Shown here: positions 56,974 through 64,000 of the stretch, in pieces
Position numbering within the stretch: the stretch's first letter is position 1
Layout: each line of letters opens with the position of its first letter
Source: an uncultured Chloroflexia bacterium
GTDB lineage: Bacteria; Chloroflexota; Limnocylindria; Limnocylindrales; CSP1-4
Direction of reading: 5' to 3'
DNA length: 64,000 nucleotides
Assembly: GCA_963776285.1 (NCBI GenBank)
Contig: CAVZLW010000007.1
Coordinates: forward strand, 185,415-249,414
Notes under the pieces: generated by a model
Seen by the model: only the letters and a program-made list of their open reading frames with translations
Database searches by the model: none
What the model was told of the DNA's origin: nothing
Translations under genes and position numbers: made by a program

Positions 56974-57064
56974 ACGGCCCGGGTCAGGTCGCCGCCTCGA
57001 CGGCGGCGAGGCCTGCGCGTCCGGCGTCCGCCAGGCGCGCAGGCTGGTGACCGGCGGCCGGCTC

Positions 57065-58414
57065 TCAGACGCCCGACTCGGCGGCGACGCGGCCCGCCCG
57101 GATCGCGGCGACGAACGCCGCGTGGTCGCGCTCGTTCTGTTCCGCGTAGGCGACCGCGAAGTCGCCGATTGCCTGGTCGAAGGCCTTGTCGGTGCCGAGA
57201 TAGCCCGCGACCTCGGCCGGCTGGCCGGATCGGGCGTGGCCCCGGGCGAGCGCCCACCCGCACAGCTCGCCCCACGTGGTGAGGTCGTCGATCGTCATGG
57301 CGTCCACCACGGCGCCGCCCTTCTGGTCCTGCAGCTGGCGGACGTACCAGTGTCGGCCCCCGGTCCCGACCGTCCAGCCGAGGAGGACGTCGCTGGCAGC
57401 CTGGAGGCGACGCTGGCCGGCCACGACCCGCGCTCCGTGGCTGGGCTGGCGGCTGGGCGGCAGGAACCGCTCGAGGACGGAGGCCTCGGCCTGCTTGACC
57501 TGGAGGAAGAGCGGGTCGTCGTCGTCGCCACCCAGGAGGAGGCCGGCGAAGGCGCCGAGGCCCACGCTGCCGACTCCCACGACCTTGAGCGCCGCATCGA
57601 CGAGCTCGTAGCGGTCCAGGAGCACGCGTCGGTCCTCGGCCACCGTGTCGCGGTAGCCGGCGAGCGCGGACTCGATGAGGGCGGGGGTCAGCTCCGGCGG
57701 GTGGGTGATCACCGGGGGGTGGTCGACGATCCGACGACGTCCGCCCGCGTCGACCGCGGTCAGCTTCGGGAGCTCGTGGAGCGCATCGTGGTGGTGGGCC
57801 GACTTCACGGTCTGCTGGAGGAACGGCCTCGCCCGCTTGTCGACGAACGCCAGGATCCCGGCTGCGTCGACCCGCGAGTAGTAGACGTCGATCGCCGGCA
57901 TCGCGGCATATTCGGCCATGCGCTGGCGGTACGCCTGGACGGCGAGGTGGACCGCGTGCCGGGTCGCGTGCGCGTCGAATCCACGAACCCGGCCCGCGAC
58001 GATGAGGCTGGCGGCCAGGCGCCTGACGTCCCACTCGAACGGGCCGTGGAGCGTCTCGTCGAAGTCGTTGATGTCGAAGACGAGGTCACGCTCCGGCGAC
58101 GCGAAGAGGCCGAAGTTCGAGAGGTGGGCGTCGCCGCAGAGCTGGACGATGATGCCGCTCGCGGGCATCGGCGCGAGGTCGGCCGCCATCGGCAGCGCGG
58201 CTCCCCGGTAGAAGGTGAAGGGCGAGACCGCCATCCGGCCGTTGCGTATCGGCACGAGGCCCGGGATCCGCGTGGCAGCCTGTCCCTCGAGGAGCGCCAC
58301 GGGGTCGGGTCGATCGGGCGCCGGCAGCCAGCCGGCGAAGGTGGCCAGTGGCACACGGGCCCGGACCGCCTCGCCGGCCTTGCCGCGCTCCTCCCGGGTT
58401 GGGAGCGGAGACAC
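57065..58414 (-). CDS. DUF2252 domain-containing protein
   Basis: 449 aa with the family pattern (FYRGAALPMAADLA...QLCGDAHLSNFG...NDFDET). Confidence 0.75.
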   Translation of the reverse strand: MSPLPTREERGKAGEAVRARVPLATFAGWLPAPDRPDPVALLEGQAATRIPGLVPIRNGRMAVSPFTFYRGAALPMAADLAPMPASGIIVQLCGDAHLSNFGLFASPERDLVFDINDFDETLHGPFEWDVRRLAASLIVAGRVRGFDAHATRHAVHLAVQAYRQRMAEYAAMPAIDVYYSRVDAAGILAFVDKRARPFLQQTVKSAHHHDALHELPKLTAVDAGGRRRIVDHPPVITHPPELTPALIESALAGYRDTVAEDRRVLLDRYELVDAALKVVGVGSVGLGAFAGLLLGGDDDDPLFLQVKQAEASVLERFLPPSRQPSHGARVVAGQRRLQAASDVLLGWTVGTGGRHWYVRQLQDQKGGAVVDAMTIDDLTTWGELCGWALARGHARSGQPAEVAGYLGTDKAFDQAIGDFAVAYAEQNERDHAAFVAAIRAGRVAAESGV

Positions 58415-58423
58415 GATCCCTGC

Positions 58424-60193
58424 TCAGCCTTCCGCCGGCGCCGACCCGCTGGCGGGCGGCCCGCCCGCGGGTTGCGGGCTCACGGTGGCCTCGTAGGCGG
58501 CGAGGACGTCGCCGGAGGTCGCGAAGATCCGCTCGGCACCGATCTTCTCGGTGAGACCGTAGGCGTCGAGCAGCTTTTGCACGGCCGGATCGACGCTGCA
58601 CAGGACCAGCTGCGCGCCACGGCGCTCAAGCTCGCTCGCGACCTGGCGCACGGAGTCGGCGCCGGAGAAGTCGAGGTCGCCGATGGCGGCCGTGTCGATC
58701 GCCAGCCACCTGATCGGCGGATCGGCGGCGTCGACGATCCCCATGATCTCCTCGCTGAAGCGGCTCGCATTCGCGTAGAAGAGCTCCGCTCCAAAGGCGT
58801 AGATGACGAGGCCGGGTGCGGCCTGGACCGGCTCCGCGACCTGGCCGAGCAGCAGCTTGCCGTCGGGCGCGAACGAGACGATCCGGTCGTGCGGCTTGTA
58901 GACGTGCATGAGGACGACCACGACCGACAGGACGATCGCCAGGATGATCCCCTGCTCCACGCCCACCACGACGACGGTCGCGGCAGTGGCGAGCGCGACG
59001 GCGAACTCGTCCCGGCGGAGCCGGTAGACCCGGCCCATCCCGGCGTAGTCGACGAGCTTGAGCCCGATGAGGAAGACGACCGCCGACAGGACGGCGTTCG
59101 GCATGTAGGAGAGCGGCACCGTCAGGAAGAGCAGGACGACGACCACGATCACGCCCGTGGTCAGCTGGGCGATCTGGCTCCGGCCGCCGGCGCTGTCGAC
59201 CATCTCGGTCTTGGTCGGGCTGCCGTTGACGACGAACGTCCCGGAGAGGCCGGCGGCGAGGTTGCCCAGGCCCAGGCCGATCAGGTCCACGTTCTCGTCG
59301 AAGCTGTCGTCGTACTTCATGGCATAGGCTCGGGAGGTCGCGGCGGACTGGGCGAGGATGAGGATGAACATCGAGAAGGCGACCGGGAGGAGAGCCACGA
59401 CGTCGCTCGCGAGCTGGTCTGCCGGGATCGCCGGCAGGCCGATCGGGGGCAGGCCGCTGGGAACCGACCCGATGGTCGTGATCCCGCGAGCCGCGAAGCC
59501 GAAGACGTAGCTCGCGACGATCATCCCGACCACCGCGATGAGCGCACCCGGGATCTTCTTGTTGACCCGCTCGAGGCCGACGATGACGACGAGGACCGTG
59601 ACCGACACGGCAAGGGTCGCGTAGCTCGACTCGCCCGCGGCGATCGCCTTGAGCGCGTTGGCGAACTTCTCGAGGGTCGTCCCGCTGCCCTCGCTGACCC
59701 CGAAGAGCCCGCCCACCTGGCCCAGCGCGACCTGGATCCCGACGCCCGTCAGGAAGCCGATGAGCACGCTGTGGGAGAGGAAGTTGGCGATGAAGCCGAG
59801 GCGGATGATCCGGGCCACGATCATGAAGACCGCGCAGATGATGGCCGAGAGGCCGGCCATCGCGACCCACTGCGAGGACGCGGGCGCACCGGCGGCGGCG
59901 ATCCCGGCGAGACCCGTTGCCATGACCGCGGCAGTCGCCGAGTCGGCCCCGACCACGAGGTGGCGCGACGAGCCGAAGATCGCGAACGCTGCCATCGGCA
60001 GGACCAGGGTGTAGAGCCCGGTGATGACCGGCATCTCGGCGATCTTCGTGTAGCCCATGACCTCGGGCATCGCGAGCGCGGCCAGGGTGGCGCCGGCGAT
60101 GATCTCGGTGGGCAACCGCGCCGGATCGAACGGCAGGATGCCACCCAGGATCAGGGACGAGTGCCGCTTCTGCCGGGCCGTCGTGGACGCCAT
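58424..60193 (-). CDS. SulP-family inorganic anion transporter with C-terminal STAS domain
   Basis: Start MASTTARQKR. Sulfate-transporter TM core. The STAS domain (WLAIDTAAIGDLDFSGADSV...) is at the C-terminus. Confidence 0.85.
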   Translation of the reverse strand: MASTTARQKRHSSLILGGILPFDPARLPTEIIAGATLAALAMPEVMGYTKIAEMPVITGLYTLVLPMAAFAIFGSSRHLVVGADSATAAVMATGLAGIAAAGAPASSQWVAMAGLSAIICAVFMIVARIIRLGFIANFLSHSVLIGFLTGVGIQVALGQVGGLFGVSEGSGTTLEKFANALKAIAAGESSYATLAVSVTVLVVIVGLERVNKKIPGALIAVVGMIVASYVFGFAARGITTIGSVPSGLPPIGLPAIPADQLASDVVALLPVAFSMFILILAQSAATSRAYAMKYDDSFDENVDLIGLGLGNLAAGLSGTFVVNGSPTKTEMVDSAGGRSQIAQLTTGVIVVVVLLFLTVPLSYMPNAVLSAVVFLIGLKLVDYAGMGRVYRLRRDEFAVALATAATVVVVGVEQGIILAIVLSVVVVLMHVYKPHDRIVSFAPDGKLLLGQVAEPVQAAPGLVIYAFGAELFYANASRFSEEIMGIVDAADPPIRWLAIDTAAIGDLDFSGADSVRQVASELERRGAQLVLCSVDPAVQKLLDAYGLTEKIGAERIFATSGDVLAAYEATVSPQPAGGPPASGSAPAEG

Positions 60194-60323
60194 CCGTACC
60201 CCTCCTCCTGGCGCGCCGAGGCATCGACCGCCGGGCGCATCATGACCCGTGATGCCGCGCGGGTCTAGAGGGGAACCCAGGGTGGCAGCGCCGGCCCGCC
60301 TCCGCTCCGCGAGCGGCGCGTCG

Positions 60324-60967
60324 TCAGGGCACGGCGAAGACGAGGCTCTGCACGATCGGCGATGCGGCCGCGACCAGCTGGCCCCACACCGAGCCGTCGA
60401 AGGCGTCGACGTCCACGACCACCGTCCCGCCCCCCGGGACATCGAGCACGTCCAGGCGCAGGCGCTCGGACCCGGCCACGACCCAGCGCAGCTGGCCGTC
60501 GGAGCCGACGAACAACGGGACGGTCGGGACGCCATTGGCGAACGGACAGGACGTGGTCCAGCCGGCCGCGATCGCGACGTCGAGCTCGGTCCCCCGGAGC
60601 CCGCCGACCGTGACGATCCGCGGGGCGCCGACGGTCAACCCGGGGAGGCCGCGGATCCAGGCAACCAGCGCGACCGACGTCGCGGCGACGCCGGGCTGCG
60701 CGGAGGTGGGACAGGCCGGATCCTGCGACGCCGGCAGGGGATCGCGGAAGAGGTGAATGCCGACGACGTCGGATTCGACGGGCTGGAGCTGGAAATACCC
60801 TGCCTGGTCCGACGGGTTCCACCAGCCGGCGGGCAGCGTGTACGTGACCGGTGGCTGGAAGACCTGCGAGGCGTGCGTGCCGGCCGGCAGCGCGGCCGGG
60901 AGGCTGGGGGCCGGCGTGGTCGCCGCTCCGCAACCGGAAAGCAGCACGACGGCCAGGGCCAGGGACA
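60324..60967 (-). CDS. Hypothetical lipoprotein
   Basis: Signal peptide with lipobox MSLALAVVLLSGC. ~214 aa. No family recognised. Confidence 0.55.
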
Positions 60968-61242
60968 TCGCAGCCCGAGCGAGCGTCGTCGCGCCCAGCA
61001 CTCTCGGTCCCTCCTGTTCCGTTGCGGTCCCTCCCGTTCCGTCGAGCCCGGCCTGGCGAGGCGGCTCGCCGCCTCGAAGTCTAGCCCGCGCGCCCGGGCC
61101 GCCGGCGACGCAGTCCCGTCGCTCGTCGCCGCTGCCGGCCGAGGCCGCCCGGCGGGACCGGCGCCGCGGCGACGAGAGCCGCGGTCGACAGGGGCCGTCG
61201 GCGAGGTATCCTCGTGGTGACTCCGGCGACCGCCGGAGGATG

Positions 61243-61740
61243 GCGCTCGAGGGGGCACGGCGCATGTCCTTTCCCACCGATGCCGGAGGGTCCTGGGCCT
61301 CGATCGATCGAGCGCGCACGGCGCCGTCGGCGACGATGAGGTCCGGAGCGAGAGCGATCTTCGTGGCGCCCGGCGACCAGACGGCCGGGCGGTTCGGGCT
61401 GTTCCGCTTCGAGATGCCGCCGCGGTCCGGCGGCCCTGCCGCGCACTACCACCGCACGTTCTCCGAGTCCTTCTACGTGCTGTCCGGCCAGGTTCGCCTG
61501 TACGACGGGGCAGGCTGGATGACCTCCGGCCCGGGCGACTTCCTGTATGTGCCCGACGGGGGCATCCACGCCTTCGCCAACGAGAGCGACGAGCCGGCGT
61601 CGATGCTGATCCTCTTCGCGCCGGGGACGCCGCGGGAGCGCTACTTCCTGGAGCTCGCTGAGATTGCGGCATCCGGCCGCACGCTCACGCCCGAGGAGTG
61701 GACAGCCCTCTATGCCCGGCATGACCAGTTCATGGTCTGA
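61243..61740 (+). CDS. Cupin-domain protein (same family as the frameshifted gene at 12470..12968)
   Basis: HYHRTFSESFYVLSGQVRLYDGAGWMTSGPGDFLYVPDGGIHAFANESDEPASMLILFAPGTPRERYFLELAEIAASG. Start is uncertain (ATG at 61243, 61264 or 61336). Confidence 0.65.
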   Translation, partial: ALEGARRMSFPTDAGGSWASIDRARTAPSATMRSGARAIFVAPGDQTAGRFGLFRFEMPPRSGGPAAHYHRTFSESFYVLSGQVRLYDGAGWMTSGPGDFLYVPDGGIHAFANESDEPASMLILFAPGTPRERYFLELAEIAASGRTLTPEEWTALYARHDQFMV

Positions 61741-61909
61741 GGCCCGGCCCCGGGCGTCGTCCGTGCGGCGGCTGCCCAGGCGGGACGTCGATCCGCCGGG
61801 CACGGCCGGCCCGGGCGGATAGCCCGCGGCTGCAGGGAGGGAAGGCGGGCAGCGCGGTCTGCCCTGTCGTCCCTTGTCCCGTCGCAGGGACCGGTGATAG
61901 CGTGGCTCC

Positions 61910-63517
61910 ATGGGAGGGACGCGCTCGACAACGGCGAAACGCTCCGGGACGGCGGGAGCCGGCAGCCGGGCCGCCCGCCCGGCATCGCCGAACGGCGGCG
62001 CCCGCTCGGGGGCGACGCCGGAGTCGATGGCCCTCCAGGGCGGCGGCGTGCCGGAGGAGGCGATCGCCGGCATCCTGCAGTCCAGTGCCATCGAGCAGGA
62101 GGTGCTGGAGCGCCTCCAGGGAGCTGCCGGCAATCGCGCGGTTGCCCAGATCGTGCAGCGCCAGGGCACCACGCCGGCGCCGGCGGCCGGTGTCACGGCC
62201 GCCTCCCCATTCGGACCTGTCCCGGCTTCGACCACCGCGGCCGTGCCCGCGGACCTGGTGGCCTTCCGGGCGGCAGGACCGTACCCGGCAACCGACGCCG
62301 GCACCACCATCCTCCCGAGCACGGGCCGGGGCGGGTTCCAGGCCCGCTACGACGCGACCGCGATGGTGCTCACGATCACGATGAACGTCGGCATTAACTT
62401 CATCGACGGCATGAGCGAGACCGGCGGCGTGGCGGTCGCAGCGGACCCCAGCCTCAACGGCGCGGCGAACACCATCAACCGCCTCCCGAGCGAACAGCGG
62501 ACGGCGGCCATCAACCAGTGGAAGTGGAGCGGCGACCAGGAGACCTGGATGGGGGACTTCCGCTCGCAGGTCCAGGGCGCCTGGGGGACGGCCGGCCACG
62601 GGCTCCAGTTCCAGAGCAGCCATGCCGGCTGGGAAGCCCAGCTGGCGAGCGTCAACGTCGTGGTCAACACGCAGGACAAGAGCCTCACCGGCCCGCCGCC
62701 CGCCGGCGCCTCCTCGATCCCGTCCACGGCCGGCCCGACCCACTGCACGGCCAACGTCTACAAGACGCCCCCCGGCAACAACGACTTCGGCGCCGGCGTC
62801 CTGCCCGGGTCGCTGACGAGCGCCACCGACCAGACGCTCGACATCGGGAGCAGCCAGACGGTGACGCACAGCCATCTGCTGAACCAGCGCGTCTTCTTCG
62901 ATCGCGGGTCGGTCGAGCTGAACGCCGCGGCGCAGTCCGACCTGCTGGCGATCATCAACAGCTTCCAGACGCCCGCCGGCGGCGCCGGGACCTCCATCAA
63001 CATCGTCGGCCACGCCGACACCACCGGCGGCGGCACGACCGCGGGCGATGCCCGAAACCAGCGCATCTCCGAGCAGCGAGCCCAGGCCGTGGCCGACTTC
63101 CTGAAGGCCACGCGCAGCGGCGGGGGCACGCTGTCGAATGCGGCAACCCGGATCGCGACCACGACCGGCGTCGGCAGCGCGGAGGGCGGCACGAACGCGG
63201 CGGCGCGGCGCGTCGACGTCAACTTCGCCGGTGGCGGCCAGCAGAACGTGGCCGCCCACGAGTTCGGGCACATGCTCGGGATGCGCGACGAGTACGCGGT
63301 CGACCCGGGCGGGGTGATCAGCGGGTCGGCGGGCACGACGGGCACTGCGACCGACCAGGACCCCTCGGTGCAGGCCACGGGCCTGGGACGGTCGATCAAG
63401 GAGAACAACGACAACATCATGTCGCTGGGCGGGACCGTGCGGGCGCCGCACATGGTCAGCTTCATGGAAGCCCTCCGAACGGTGTCCGGCTCGAACGAAT
63501 GGCGGCTCAAGCGGTGA
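61910..63517 (+). CDS. Multidomain protein with DUF4157-type N-terminal 'LQxAAGNxAV' motif, OmpA-like peptidoglycan-binding domain and C-terminal HExxH zinc-metallopeptidase-like domain
   Basis: N-terminal motif LERLQGAAGNRAVAQIVQRQ. OmpA-like region FFDRGSVELNAAAQSDLLAIIN...INIVGHADTTGG...NQRISEQRAQAVADFL...ARRVDVNF. Zincin motif VAAHEFGHMLGMRDEY, followed by a possible Met-turn NIMSLGG. Confidence 0.65.
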   Translation: MGGTRSTTAKRSGTAGAGSRAARPASPNGGARSGATPESMALQGGGVPEEAIAGILQSSAIEQEVLERLQGAAGNRAVAQIVQRQGTTPAPAAGVTAASPFGPVPASTTAAVPADLVAFRAAGPYPATDAGTTILPSTGRGGFQARYDATAMVLTITMNVGINFIDGMSETGGVAVAADPSLNGAANTINRLPSEQRTAAINQWKWSGDQETWMGDFRSQVQGAWGTAGHGLQFQSSHAGWEAQLASVNVVVNTQDKSLTGPPPAGASSIPSTAGPTHCTANVYKTPPGNNDFGAGVLPGSLTSATDQTLDIGSSQTVTHSHLLNQRVFFDRGSVELNAAAQSDLLAIINSFQTPAGGAGTSINIVGHADTTGGGTTAGDARNQRISEQRAQAVADFLKATRSGGGTLSNAATRIATTTGVGSAEGGTNAAARRVDVNFAGGGQQNVAAHEFGHMLGMRDEYAVDPGGVISGSAGTTGTATDQDPSVQATGLGRSIKENNDNIMSLGGTVRAPHMVSFMEALRTVSGSNEWRLKR

Positions 63518-63936
63518 GCGCACGTCCCGGTGAGCCGCGGGAGGCGGTGCCGGTGGTCGAGTATCTCGTCCGGGCCCGGAGCACGTGGGGCACGCGCCTG
63601 TACGTCGACGGCCGCACCGAGGAGTGGCAGGACCCGGCCGGTTGGCGGCCGCTGGTGAAGGTCGCGCCGTCCGAGGTGGCGGCGTTCGTCGAGCTCGCCC
63701 GCGGCCGCGGATTCCTGGATCTGCCGGAGGTCCTGGCCGGTGGTGAGTCCGTAGACGACGGCTCCGCGGTCTCGTGGTCGATCACGGTGGGCGGCAGGCG
63801 CCATCGCGTCACCGCCCGGGCGACCGGGTCCAGCCTGGACCCCGTCCTGCGGGCCCTCAACGACGCGCTCCAGCTGATGATCGGCCGCGCGCTTGCCGTC
63901 GCGGCCGACGAGGCCGGGCACGGCCCCGGGACGTAG
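63514..63936 (+). CDS. Hypothetical 140-aa protein translationally coupled (GTGA) to the upstream HExxH protein; possible cognate partner/immunity protein
   Basis: GTG start overlaps the upstream TGA. Composition is balanced with W/Y/F/E. No family recognised. Confidence 0.45.
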   Translation: MSARPGEPREAVPVVEYLVRARSTWGTRLYVDGRTEEWQDPAGWRPLVKVAPSEVAAFVELARGRGFLDLPEVLAGGESVDDGSAVSWSITVGGRRHRVTARATGSSLDPVLRALNDALQLMIGRALAVAADEAGHGPGT

Positions 63937-64000
63937 CGCTCGCGTCAGCCCCGGCGCGGCTCGATGCGCGGCGGCGAGCCGGACACGACGACGGGAACGA

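Noticed and set aside
57047-60268. 1073-aa + strand ORF (and similar 775-aa ORF at 32513..34840)
   Set aside because: These are antisense to the DUF2252/SulP and decarboxylase genes respectively, with a low-complexity Arg/Asp/Gly-rich translation.
1-64000. CRISPR arrays, IS elements, integrases, prophage genes
   Set aside because: No regularly spaced direct repeats, no transposase/integrase/recombinase-like ORFs and no phage structural genes were seen in any frame. The only tandem repeats are coding repeats inside the two CHAT genes.

Overview
This is a high-GC (~70%) chromosomal segment that looks actinobacterial or Thermoleophilia-like. It is densely coded on both strands with about 55 protein genes. 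There is no CRISPR array, rRNA, transposase or integrase, and no canonical tRNA could be folded. Most genes are ordinary accessory or housekeeping functions. These include TetR, LuxR, ArsR and XRE regulators, transporters (MFS, DMT, ClC, SulP, NhaP), a photolyase, a PLP-dependent decarboxylase, MTA phosphorylase, and several F420-type enzymes (Ddn-like nitroreductase, PPOX-like protein, Fno). The segments worth a second look are listed here. (1) Two CHAT-domain caspase-like proteins lie within 11 kb. One is a membrane-spanning CHAT / TolB-like beta-propeller protein. The other is an alpha/beta-hydrolase / Pro-rich tandem repeat / CHAT fusion that is tightly coupled to a 276-aa unknown protein. 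(2) The 3' end carries a protein with a DUF4157-type 'LQxAAGNxAV' N-terminal motif, an OmpA-like domain and a C-terminal HExxH zincin, translationally coupled to a 140-aa ORF. (3) An 81-aa protein family occurs twice, each copy next to a MalT-like LuxR regulator. (4) There is a candidate tmRNA (ssrA), identified by a tRNA-Ala-like acceptor with G3:U70 and a T-arm. (5) Several gene fragments and frameshifts are present: an MFS 3' fragment, an alkyl-sulfatase C-terminal fragment, an ADH fragment, a duplicated 70-bp DUF4260 gene fragment, and frameshifted cupin and dapB genes. These indicate either local decay and rearrangement or indel errors in the assembly. All functional calls rest on remembered family signatures. 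No database search was run.
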